From the human T2T-CHM13v2.0 reference genome, Homo sapiens, in NCBI RefSeq assembly GCF_009914755.1, contig NC_060933.1: a DNA stretch of 64,000 nt, one strand, 5' to 3'. A program made the translations under genes and the position numbers. Positions within the stretch are counted from its first letter, which is position 1. Each line of letters begins with the position of its first letter. Shown in pieces: positions 15,201-28,865 of this stretch. Below the pieces are notes generated by a model. That model had not been told where the DNA came from. It made no database searches and saw nothing but the letters and a program-made list of their open reading frames with translations.

Positions 15201-18200
15201 AATGGAATCAACCCGAGTGGAATGGCATGGAATGGAATGGAAAGGAATGGAATGGAATGGAATGGAATGGAATGGAATGAAATGAAATGGAATGGAAGGG
15301 AATGGATTGAAATGGAATGGAATGGAATGGAATCAACCCGAGTGCAATGTAATGGAATTGAATGGAATGGAATGGAATGGAATAGAATGAATTCAACCCG
15401 AATGGAATGGAAAGGAATGGAATAAACCGGAGTGGAATGGCATGGTATGGAGTGGAATGGAATGGAATGGAATACTACGGAAGAGAATGGAATGGAACGA
15501 AATGGAATGGAATGGAATGGAATGGAATGGAATGGAATGGAATGAACACGTGAGCAATGGAATGGAATCGAATAGAATGGAATGGAATGGAATGGATTCA
15601 ACTCGAATGGAATGGAATGGAATGGAATCAACCCGAGTGGAATGGCATGGAATGGAATGGAATGGAATGGAATGGAACGGAATGGAATGGAATCAACTCG
15701 ATTGCAAAGGAATGTAATGGAATGGAATGGAACGGAATTAACGCAAATAGAATGGAATGGAAAGGAATGGAACGGAATGGAATGGAAAGGAATGGAATGG
15801 AATCAATCTGAGTGCAGGGGAATGGAATGGAATGGAATGCAATGGAATGGAATGGAATGGAATGCAATGGAATCACCTCGATTGCAATGGGATGGAATGG
15901 AATGGAATGGAATGGAAGGGAATGGAATGGAATGGAATTAACCTGAACAGAATGGAATGGAATGGAATGGAATGGAATGGAATGGAATGGAATGGAATGC
16001 AATGGAATGGAATCAATCAACGCGAGTGCAATAGAATGCAGTGGAATGGAATGGAATGGAATGGAAAGTACCCGAATGGAATGGAATGTAATGGAGTGTA
16101 AGAGAATTAAAAAGAATCAATCCGAATGTAATGGAATGGAATTGAAAGGAAAGGAATGGAATGGAATGGAATGGAATGGAATGGAATGGAATGGAATGGA
16201 ATGAAATGGAATGGCATAGAATGGAATGGAATCAACCCGAGCGCAATGGAATGGAATGGAATGGAATGGAATGGAATGGAATGGAATCAACCTGAGTGCA
16301 GGGGAATGGAATGCAATGGAATGGAATGGAATGGAATGCAATGGAATCAACTAGATTGCAATGGAATGGAATGGAATGGAATGGAATGGAATGGAATGGA
16401 ATGGAATTAACCTGAACAGAATGGAATGGAATGGAATGGAATGGAATGGAACGGAATGGAATGGAGTGGAATGGAATGTAATCAACCCGAGTGCAGGGGA
16501 ATGGAACGGAATGGAATGCAATGGAATGGAATCATCCGGAATGGAATGGAATGGAATGGAATGCAATGGAATGGAATCAATCAACCCGAGTGCAATGCAA
16601 TGGAGTGTAATGGAATCGAATGGAATGGAAACTACCCGAATGGAATGGAATGTAATGGAGTGTAAGGGAATTGAAAAAAATCAATCCGAATGTAATGGAA
16701 TGGAATGGAACGGAATGAAATGGAATGGCATGGAATGGAATGGAATCAACCCGAGTGCAATGGAATGGAATTGAACGGAATGGAATGGAAAGGAATGGAT
16801 TCAACCCGAATGGAATGGAAAGGAATGGAATAAACCCGAGTGGAATGGCATGGAATGGAATGAAATGGAGTGCAATGGAATGGAATGGAATGGAATGGTA
16901 CGGAATAGAATGGAATGGAACGAAATGGAATAGAATGCAATGGAAAGGAATGGAATGAAAACGTGTGCAATGGATTGGAATGGAATGGAATGGAATGGAA
17001 TGGAATGGAATGGGTTCGACTCGAATGGAATGGAAGGGAATGGAATCAACCCGAGTGGAATGGCATGGAATGGAATGGAATGGAATGGAATGGAATGGAA
17101 TGGAATGTAACGGAATGGAAACAACACGAGTGCAATGTAATGGAATCGAATGGAATGGAATGGAATGGAATGGAATGGATTCAACCCGAATGGAATGGAA
17201 AGGAATGGAATAAACCCGAGGGGAATGGCATGGAATGGAGTCTAATGGAATGGAATGGAATGGAATGGTATGGAATACAATGGAGTGGAACGAAATGGAA
17301 TGGAATGGAATGGAATGGAATGGAATGAAATGGAATGGAAGGGAATGGACTGAAATGTAATGGAATGGAATGGAATCAACCCGAGTGCAATGTAATGGAA
17401 TTGAATGGAATGGAATGGAATGGAATGGAATGAATTCAACCCGAATGGAATGGAAAGGAATGGAATAAACCCGAGTGGAATGGCATGGAATGGAGTGGAA
17501 TGGAATGGAATGGAATACTACGGAAGAGAATGGAATGGAACGAAATGGAATGGAATGGAATGGAATGGAATGGAATGGAATGGAATGAACACGTGAGCAA
17601 TGGAATGGAATCGAATGGAATAGAATGGAATGGAATGGATTCAACTCGAATGGAATGGAAAGGAATGGAATCAACCCGAGTGGAATGGCATGGAATGGAA
17701 AGGAATGGAATGGAATGGAATGGAATGGAACGGAATGGAATGGAATCAACTCGATTGCAAAGGAAAATAATGGAATGGAATGGAACGGAATTAACGCAAA
17801 TAGAACGGAATGGAAAGGAATGGAACGGAATGGAATGGAAAGGAATGGAATGGAATCAATCTGAGTGCAGGGGAATGCAATGGAATGGAATGCAATGGAA
17901 TGGAATGGAATGGAATGCAATGGAATCACCTCGATTGCAATGGGATGGAATGGAATGGAATAGAAGGGAATAGAATGGAATGGAATTGAACTGAACAGAA
18001 TGGAATGGAATGGAATGGAATGGAATGGAATGCAATGGAATGGAATCAATCAACCCGAGTGCAATAGAATGCAGTGGAATGGAATGGAATGGAATGGAAT
18101 GGAATGAAATGGAATGGCAGGGAATGGAAAGGAATCAACCCGAGTGCAAAGGAATGGAATGGAATGGAATGGAATGGAATGGATTCAACCCGAATGGAAT

Positions 18201-21200
18201 GGAAAGGAATGGAATAAACCTGAGTGGAATCGCATGGAATGGAATGGAATGGAATGGAATGGAATGGAATGGTACGGAATAGAACGGAATGGAACGAAAT
18301 GGAATGGAATGGAATGGAATCAACCTGAGTGCAATGGAATGGAGTGGAATGGAATGTAATGGAATGGAAACAACCCGAATGGAATGGAATGTAATGGAGT
18401 GTAAGGGAATTGAATACAATCAATCCGAATGGAATGGAATGGAATGGAATGGAATGCAGTGGAATGGAATCAAACCTAGTGCAATTGAATGGAATGGAAT
18501 GGAATGGAATGGAATGGAATGGAATGGAATGGATTCAACCCAAATGGAATGGAAAGCAATGGAATCAACCCGAGTGGAATGGCATGGAATGGAATGGAAT
18601 GGATTGGAATGGAATGGAATGGTACAGAATAGAATGGAATGGAATGAAATGGAATGGAATGGAATGGAATGGAACGGAATGGAATGGAATCAACTCGATT
18701 GCAATGGAATGTAATGGAATGGAATGAAATGGAATTAACGTGAATAGAATGGAATATAATGTAATGGAACGGAATGGAATGGAATGGGATGGAATGGAAT
18801 CAATCTGAGTGCAGGGGAATGGAATGGAATGGAATGCAATGGAATGGAATGGAATGGAATGGAATGCAATGGAATCAACTAGATTGCAACGGGATGGAAT
18901 GGAATGGAATGGAATGGAAGGGAATGGAATGGAATGGAATTAACCTGAACAGAATGGAATGGAATGGAATGGAACGGAATGGAAGGGAATGGAATGGAAT
19001 GGAATTAAGCTGAAGAGAATGGAATGGAATTGAATGGAACGGAATGGAATGGAATGGAATGGAATGGAATGCAATGGAATGGGATCAACCCGAGTGCAGG
19101 GGAATGGAATGGAATGGAATGCAATGGAATGGAATCAATCAACCCGAGTGCAATAGAATGCAGTGGAATGGAATGGAATGGAATGGAAAGTACCCGAATG
19201 GAAAGGAATGTAATGGAGTGTAAGGGAATTAAAAAGAATCAATCCGAATGTAATGGAATGGAAGGGAACGGAATGGAATGGAATGGAATGGAATGGAATG
19301 GAATGGAATGAAATGGAATGGCATGGAATGGAATGGAATCAACCCGAGTTCAATGGAATGGAATGGAATGGAATGGAATGGATTCAACCCGAATGGAATG
19401 GAAAGGAATGGAATAAACCCGAGTGAAATGGCATGGAAGGGAATGGAATGGAATGGAATGGTAAGGAATAGAATGGAATGGAACGAAATGGAATGGAATG
19501 GAATGGAATGGAATGGAATGGAATGGAATGAACCCGTGTGCAATAGAATGGAATGGAATGGAATGGAATGGAATGGAATGGAATGGGTTCAACTGGAATG
19601 GAATGGAAAGGAATGGAATCAACCCGAGTGGAATGGCATGGAATGGAATGGAAAGGAATGGAATGGAATGGAATGGAATGGAATGGAATGGAATGAAATG
19701 GAATGGAAGGGAATGGATTGAAATGGAATGGAATGGAATGGAATCAACCCGAGTGCAATGTAATGGAATTAAATGGAATGGAATGGAATGGAATAGAATG
19801 AATTCAACCCGAATGGAATGGAAAGGAATGGAATAAACCCGAGTGGAATGGCATGGTATGGAGTGGAATGGAATGGAATGGAATACTACGGAAGAGAATG
19901 GAATGGAACGAAATGGAATGGAATGGAATGGAATGGAATGGAATGAATACGTGAGCAATGGAATGGAATCGAATAGAATGGAATGGAATGGAATGGATTC
20001 AACTCGAATGGAATGGAAAGGAATGGAATCAACCCGAGTGGAATGGCATGGAATGGAATGGAATGGAATGGAATGGAACGGAATGGAATGGAATCAACTC
20101 GATTGCAAAGGAATGTAATGGAATGGAATGGAACGGAATTAACGCAAATAGAATGGAATGGAAAGGAATGGAACGGAATGGAATGGAAAGGAATGGAATG
20201 GAATCAATCTGAGTGCAGGGGAATGGAATGGAATGGAATGCAATGGAATGGAATGGAATGGAATGCAATGGAATCACCTCGATTGCAATGGGATGGAATG
20301 GAATGGAATGGAATGGAAGGGAATGGAATGGAATGGAATTAACCTGAACAGAATGGAATGGAATGGAATGGAATGGAATGGAATGGAATGGAATGCAATG
20401 GAATGGAATCAATCAACGCGAGTGCAATAGAATGCAGTGGAATGGAATGGAATGGAATGGAAAGTACCCGAATGGAATGGAATGTAATGGAGTGTAAGGG
20501 AATTAAAAAGAATCAATCCGAATGTAATGGAATGGAATTGAAAGGAAAGGAATGGAATGGAATGGAATGGAATGGAATGGAATGGAATGGAATGGAATGA
20601 AATGGAATGGCATAGAATGGAATGGAATCAACCCGAGCGCAATGGAATGGAATGGAATGGAATGGAATGGAATGGAATGGAATGGAATCAACCTGAGTGC
20701 AGGGGAATGGAATGCAATGGAATGGAATGGAATGGAATGCAATGGAATCAACTAGACTGCAATGGAATGGAATGGAATGGAATGGAATGGAATGGAATGG
20801 AATGGAATTAACCTGAACAGAATGGAATGGAATGGAATGGAATGGAATGGAATGGAACGGAATGGAATGGAATGGAATGGAATGTAATCAACCCGAGTGC
20901 AGGGGAATGGAACGGAATGGAATGCAATGGAATGGAATCATCCGGAATGGAATGGAATGGAATGGAATGCAATAGAATGGAATCAATCAACCCGAGTGCA
21001 ATGCAATGGAGTGTAATGGAATCGAATGGAATGGAAACTACCCGAATGGAATGGAATGTAATGGAGTGTAAGGGAATTGAAAAAAATCAATCCGAATGTA
21101 ATGGAATGGAATGGAACGGAATGAAATGGAATGGCATGGAATGGAATGGAATCAACCTGAGTGCAGGGGAATGGAATGCAATGGAATGGAATGGAATGGA

Positions 21201-24200
21201 ATGCAATGGAATCAACTAGATTGCAATGGAATGGAATGGAATGGAATGGAATGGAATGGAATGGAATGGAATGGAATTAACCTGAACAGAATGGAATGGA
21301 ATGGAATGGAATGGAATGGAACGGAATGGAATGGAATGGAATGGAATGTAATCAACCCGAGTGCAGGGGAATGGAACGGAATGGAATGCAATGGAATGGA
21401 ATCATCCGGAATGGAATGGAATGGAATGGAATGCAATGGAATGGAATCAATCAACCCGAGTGCAATGCAATGGAGTGTAATGGAATCGAATGGAATGGAA
21501 ACTACCCGAATGGAATGGAATGTAATGGAGTGTAAGGGAATTGAAAAAAATCAATCCGAATGTAATGGAATGGAATGGAACGGAATGAAATGGAATGGCA
21601 TGGAATGGAATGGAATCAACCCGAGTGCAATGGAATGGAATTGAACGGAATGGAATGGAAAGGAATGGATTCAACCCGAATGGAATGGAAAGGAATGGAA
21701 TAAACCCGAGTGGAATGGCATGGAATGGAATGAAATGGAGTGCAATGGAATGGAATGGAATGGAATGGTACGGAATAGAATGGAATGGAACGAAATGGAA
21801 TAGAATGCAATGGAAAGGAATGGAATGAAAACGTGTGCAATGGATTGGAATGGAATGGAATGGAATGGAATGGAATGGAATGGGTTCGACTCGAATGGAA
21901 TGGAAGGGAATGGAATCAACCCGAGTGGAATGGCATGGAATGGAATGGAATGGAATGGAATGGAATGGAATGGAATGTAACGGAATGGAAACAACACGAG
22001 TGCAATGTAATGGAATCGAATGGAATGGAATGGAATGGAATGGAATGGATTCAACCCGAATGGAATGGAAAGGAATGGAATAAACCCGAGGGGAATGGCA
22101 TGGAATGGAGTCTAATGGAATGGAATGGAATGGAATGGTATGGAATAGAATGGAGTGGAACGAAATGGAATGGAATGGAATGGAATGGAATGGAATGAAA
22201 TGGAATGGAAGGGAATGGACTGAAATGTAATGGAATGGAATGGAATCAACCCGAGTGCAATGTAATGGAATTGAATGGAATGGAATGGAATGGAATGGAA
22301 TGAATTCAACCCGAATGGAATGGAAAGGAATGGAATAAACCCGAGTGGAATGGCATGGAATGGAGTGGAATGGAATGGAATGGAATACTACGGAAGAGAA
22401 TGGAATGGAACGAAATGGAATGGAATGGAATGGAATGGAATGGAATGGAATGGAATGGAATGAACACGTGAGCAATGGAATGGAATCGAATGGAATAGAA
22501 TGGAATGGAATGGATTCAACTCGAATGGAATGGAAAGGAATGGAATCAACCCGAGTGGAATGGCATGGAATGGAAAGGAATGGAATGGAATGGAATGGAA
22601 TGGAACGGAATGGAATGGAATCAACTCGATTGCAAAGGAAAATAATGGAATGGAATGGAACGGAATTAACGCAAATAGAACGGAATGGAAAGGAATGGAA
22701 CGGAATGGAATGGAAAGGAATGGAATGGAATCAATCTGAGTGCAGGGGAATGCAATGGAATGGAATGCAATGGAATGGAATGGAATGGAATGCAATGGAA
22801 TCACCTCGATTGCAATGGGATGGAATGGAATGGAATAGAAGGGAATAGAATGGAATGGAATTGAACTGAACAGAATGGAATGGAATGGAATGGAATGGAA
22901 TGGAATGCAATGGAATGGAATCAATCAACCCGAGTGCAATAGAATGCAGTGGAATGGAATGGAATGGAATGGAATGGAATGAAATGGAATGGCAGGGAAT
23001 GGAAAGGAATCAACCCGAGTGCAAAGGAATGGAATGGAATGGAATGGAATGGAATGGATTCAACCCGAATGGAATGGAAAGGAATGGAATAAACCTGAGT
23101 GGAATCGCATGGAATGGAATGGAATGGAATGGAATGGAATGGAATGGAATGGTACGGAATAGAACGGAATGGAACGAAATGGAATGGAATGGAATGGAAT
23201 CAACCTGAGTGCAATGGAATGGAGTGGAATGGAATGTAATGGAATGGAAACAACCCGAATGGAATGGAATGTAATGGAGTGTAAGGGAATTGAATACAAT
23301 CAATCCGAATGGAATGGAATGGAATGGAATGGAATGCAGTGGAATGGAATCAAACCTAGTGCAATTGAATGGAATGGAATGGAATGGAATGGAATGGAAT
23401 GGAATGGAATGGATTCAACCCAAATGGAATGGAAAGCAATGGAATCAACCCGAGTGGAATGGCATGGAATGGAATGGAATGGATTGGAATGGAATGGAAT
23501 GGTACAGAATAGAATGGAATGGAATGAAATGGAATGGAATGGAATGGAATGGAACGGAATGGAATGGAATCAACTCGATTGCAATGGAATGTAATGGAAT
23601 GGAATGAAATGGAATTAACGTGAATAGAATGGAATATAATGTAATGGAACGGAATGGAATGGAATGGGATGGAATGGAATCAATCTGAGTGCAGGGGAAT
23701 GGAATGGAATGGAATGCAATGGAATGGAATGGAATGGAATGGAATGCAATGGAATCAACTAGATTGCAACGGGATGGAATGGAATGGAATGGAATGGAAG
23801 GGAATGGAATGGAATGGAATTAACCTGAACAGAATGGAATGGAATGGAATGGAACGGAATGGAAGGGAATGGAATGGAATGGAATTAAGCTGAAGAGAAT
23901 GGAATGGAATTGAATGGAACGGAATGGAATGGAATGGAATGGAATGGAATGCAATGGAATGGGATCAACCCGAGTGCAGGGGAATGGAATGGAATGGAAT
24001 GCAATGGAATGGAATCAATCAACCCGAGTGCAATAGAATGCAGTGGAATGGAATGGAATGGAATGGAAAGTACCCGAATGGAAAGGAATGTAATGGAGTG
24101 TAAGGGAATTAAAAAGAATCAATCCGAATGTAATGGAATGGAAGGGAACGGAATGGAATGGAATGGAATGGAATGGAATGGAATGGAATGAAATGGAATG

Positions 24201-26590
24201 GCATGGAATGGAATGGAATCAACCCGAGTTCAATGGAATGGAATGGAATGGAATGGAATGGATTCAACCCGAATGGAATGGAAAGGAATGGAATAAACCC
24301 GAGTGAAATGGCATGGAAGGGAATGGAATGGAATGGAATGGTAAGGAATAGAATGGAATGGAACGAAATGGAATGGAATGGAATGGAATGGAATGGAATG
24401 GAATGGAATGAACCCGTGTGCAATAGAATGGAATGGAATGGAATGGAATGGAATGGAATGGAATGGGTTCAACTGGAATGGAATGGAAAGGAATGGAATC
24501 AACCCGAGTGGAATGGCATGGAATGGAATGGAAAGGAATGGAATGGAATGGAATGGAATGGAATGGAATGGAATGAAATGGAATGGAAGGGAATGGATTG
24601 AAATGGAATGGAATGGAATGGAATCAACCCGAGTGCAATGTAATGGAATTAAATGGAATGGAATGGAATGGAATAGAATGAATTCAACCCGAATGGAATG
24701 GAAAGGAATGGAATAAACCCGAGTGGAATGGCATGGTATGGAGTGGAATGGAATGGAATGGAATACTACGGAAGAGAATGGAATGGAACGAAATGGAATG
24801 GAATGGAATGGAATGGAATGGAATGAACACGTGAGCAATGGAATGGAATCGAATAGAATGGAATGGAATGGAATGGATTCAACTCGAATGGAATGGAAAG
24901 GAATGGAATCAACCCGAGTGGAATGGCATGGAATGGAATGGAATGGAATGGAATGGAACGGAATGGAATGGAATCAACTCGATTGCAAAGGAATGTAATG
25001 GAATGGAATGGAACGGAATTAACGCAAATAGAATGGAATGGAAAGGAATGGAACGGAATGGAATGGAAAGGAATGGAATGGAATCAATCTGAGTGCAGGG
25101 GAATGGAATGGAATGGAATGCAATGGAATGGAATGGAATGGAATGCAATGGAATCACCTCGATTGCAATGGGATGGAATGGAATGGAATGGAATGGAAGG
25201 GAATGGAATGGAATGGAATTAACCTGAACAGAATGGAATGGAATGGAATGGAATGGAATGGAATGGAATGGAATGCAATGGAATGGAATCAATCAACGCG
25301 AGTGCAATAGAATGCAGTGGAATGGAATGGAATGGAATGGAAAGTACCCGAATGGAATGGAATGTAATGGAGTGTAAGGGAATTAAAAAGAATCAATCCG
25401 AATGTAATGGAATGGAATTGAAAGGAAAGGAATGGAATGGAATGGAATGGAATGGAATGGAATGGAATGGAATGAAATGGAATGGCATAGAATGGAATGG
25501 AATCAACCCGAGCGCAATGGAATGGAATGGAATGGAATGGAATGGAATGGAATGGAATCAACCTGAGTGCAGGGGAATGGAATGCAATGGAATGGAATGG
25601 AATGGAATGCAATGGAATCAACTAGACTGCAATGGAATGGAATGGAATGGAATGGAATGGAATGGAATGGAATGGAATTAACCTGAACAGAATGGAATGG
25701 AATGGAATGGAATGGAACGGAATGGAATGGAATGGAATGGAATGTAATCAACCCGAGTGCAGGGGAATGGAACGGAATGGAATGCAATGGAATGGAATCA
25801 TCCGGAATGGAATGGAATGGAATGGAATGCAATAGAATGGAATCAATCAACCCGAGTGCAATGCAATGGAGTGTAATGGAATCGAATGGAATGGAAACTA
25901 CCCGAATGGAATGGAATGTAATGGAGTGTAAGGGAATTGAAAAAAATCAATCCGAATGTAATGGAATGGAATGGAACGGAATGAAATGGAATGGCATGGA
26001 ATGGAATGGAATCAACCCGAGTGCAATGGAATGGAATTGAACGGAATGGAATGGAAAGGAATGGATTCAACCCGAATGGAATGGAAAGGAATGGAATAAA
26101 CCCGAGTGGAATGGCATGGAATGGAATGAAATGGAGTGCAATGGAATGGAATGGAATGGAATGGTACGGAATAGAATGGAATGGAACGAAATGGAATAGA
26201 ATGCAATGGAAAGGAATGGAATGAAAACGTGTGCAATGGATTGGAATGGAATGGAATGGAATGGAATGGAATGGAATGGGTTCGACTCGAATGGAATGGA
26301 AGGGAATGGAATCAACCCGAGTGGAATGGCATGGAATGGAATGGAATGGAATGGAATGGAATGGAATGGAATGTAACGGAATGGAAACAACACGAGTGCA
26401 ATGTAATGGAATCGAATGGAATGGAATGGAATGGAATGGAATGGATTCAACCCGAATGGAATGGAAAGGAATGGAATAAACCCGAGTGGAATGGCATGGA
26501 ATGGAGTCTAATGGAATGGAATGGAATGGAATGGTATGGAATAGAATGGAGTGGAACGAAATGGAATGGAATGGAATGGAATGGAATGGA
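12850..26590 (+). repeat. Higher-order tandem repeat, three units of ~4.47, ~4.87 and ~4.40 kb, each containing two related ~2.0-2.5 kb halves
   Basis: The rare marker TACTACGGAAGAG occurs at 13045, 15473, 17516, 19884, 22386 and 24764. GAAAAAAATCAATCCG occurs at 16673, 21079, 21543 and 25939. Identical ORF translations recur at +4870/+4880 (18289/23169, 19024/23904, 16725/21595). Confidence 0.9.
20691..21618 (+). repeat. 464-bp tandem duplication inside the higher-order repeat
   Basis: ACCTGAGTGCAGGGG at 20691 and 21155. GAAAAAAATCAATCCG at 21079 and 21543. Both offsets are 464. Confidence 0.88.
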
Positions 26591-28150
26591 ATGGAATGAA
26601 ATGAACCCGTGTGCAATGGAATGGAATGGAATGGAATGGAATGGAATGGGTTCTACTCGAATGGAATGGAAAGGAATGGAATCAACCCGAGTAGAATGGC
26701 ATGGAATGGAATGGAATGGAATGGAATGGAATGGAATGGAATGGAATGGAATGGAATGTTACGGAATAGAATGGACTGGAGCGAAATGGAATGGAATGGA
26801 ATGGAATGGAATGGAATGGAATGGAGTGGAATGAAATCGTGTGCAATGGAATGGAATGGAATGGAATGGAATGGAATGGAATGGACTGGAATGGAATGGA
26901 ATGGAATGGAGTGGAATGGAATGGAATGGGTTCAACTCGAATGGAATGGAAAGGAATGGAATCAACCCGAGTGGAGTGTCATGGAATGGAATGGAATAGG
27001 ATGGAATGGAATGCAATGGAATCATCCCAAGTGCAATGTAATGGAATCGAAAGGAAAGGAATGGAATGGAATGGATTCAACCCGAATGGAATGAAAAGAA
27101 ATCGAATAAACCCGAGTGGAATGGCATGGAATGGAGTGGAATTGAATGGAATGGAATGGTACAGAATAGAATGGAATGGAACGAAATGGAATGCAATGGA
27201 ATGGAATGGAATGGAATGGAAAGAACCCGTGTGCAATGGAATGGAATGGAATGGAATGGAATGGAATGGAATGGATTCAACTCGAATGGAATGGAAGGCA
27301 ATGGAATCAACCCGAGTGGAATGGCATGGAATGGAGTGGAATGGAATGGAAAGAAATGGAATGGAATAGAATGGAATGGCATGGAATGGTACGGAATAGA
27401 ATGGAATGGAACGAAATGGAATGGAATGAAATGGAATGGAATGGAATGGAACGGAATAGAATGGTATGGAATGGAATGGAATGGAATGGTACGGAATAGA
27501 ATGGAATGGAACGAAATGGAATGGAATGAAATGGAATGGAATGGAATGGAATCAACGCGAGTGCAGGGAAATGGAATGGAATTGAAGGCAATGGAATGGA
27601 ATCATCCGGAATTGAATGGAATGGAATGGAATAAACTCGATTGCAATGGAATGGAATGGAATGGAATGGAATGGAATGGAATGGAATGGAATGGAACGGA
27701 ATGGAATGGAATGGAATTAACCCGAATAGAATGGAATGGAATGGAATGGAATGGAATGGAATGGTACGGAATAGAATGGAATGGAACGAAATTGAACGGA
27801 ATGAAATGGAATGGAATGGAATGGAATGGAATGGAATGGAATGGAACGGAATCAACCCGAGTGCAGGGGAATGGAATGGAATTGAAGGCAATGGAATGGA
27901 ATCATCCGGAATGGAATGGAATGGAATGGAATCAACTCGATTGCAATGGAATTGAATGGAATGGAATGGAATGGAATGGAATGGAATGGAATGGAATTAA
28001 TCCGAATAGAATGTAATAGAATGGAATGGAATGGAATGGAAGTAAATGGAATGGAATGGAATGAACCCGAGTGCAGGGGAATGGAATGGAATGGAATGGA
28101 ATGGAATGGAATGGAATGGAATGGAATGGAATGCAGTGGAATGAACTCGA
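25760..28150 (+). repeat. ~2.4-kb block with an inverted paralogue at ~53330-55760
   Basis: GGGTTCGACTCG (~26280) / CGAGTCGAACCC (~55228); GAGTCTAA / TTAGACTC (55021); GAGTGTCATG / CATGACACTC (~54514); ATTGAAGGCA at 27581 and 27881 / TGCCTTCAAT at 53881 and 53571. Confidence 0.85.
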
Positions 28151-28852
28151 TTGCAATGGAATGGAATGGAATGGAAAGGAATACATTGGAATCAACCCGA
28201 CTGGAATGGAATGGAAAGGACTGGAATGGAGTGGAATGGAATGGAATGGAATGGAATGGAATCAACTCGATTGGAATGGAATGGAATGGAATGGAATGGA
28301 ATTAACCCGAATAGAATGGAATACAATGGAATGGAACAGAACGGAATGGAATGGAATGGAATGGAATGGAATGGAATGGAATGGAATCAACCCGACTGCA
28401 GGGGAATGGAATGGAATGGAATGCAATGGAATGGATTCAACGTGAATGGAATGGAAAGAATGGAATCAACACGAGTGGAATGGCATGGATTGGAATGGAA
28501 TGGAATGGAATCAACCCGAGTACAGGAGAATGGAATGGAATGTAACGCAATGGAATGGAATCATCCGTAATGGAAAGGAAAGGAATGGAATGGAATGGAA
28601 TGGAATGGAATGGAATGGAATGGAATCAACTCGATTGCAATCGAATGGAATGGAATGGACTTAACCCGAATAGAATGGAATGGAATGGAATGGAATGGAA
28701 CAGAACGGAACAGAATGGAATGGATTGGAATGGAATGGAATGGAATGGAATGGAACGGAAAGGAATGGAATGGAATGGAATGGAATGGAATGGAATGGAA
28801 TGGAATCAACGCGAGTGCAGGGGAATGGAATGGAATGGAATGCAATGGAATG

Positions 28853-28865
28853 GAATCTTCCGGAA
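28853..28865. promoter_or_regulatory. Perfect heat-shock-element match GAAtcTTCcgGAA (representative of 9 sites in domain 2)
   Basis: Matches nGAAnnTTCnnGAAn. Other sites start at 29706, 34245, 34490, 34925, 36029, 37056, 38619 and 39502. Motif match only. Confidence 0.55.

Noticed and set aside
16673-16680. A7 tracts as retrotransposon poly(A) remnants
   Set aside because: They are substitution variants of TTGAATAGAATCAATCCG with unchanged length and phase.
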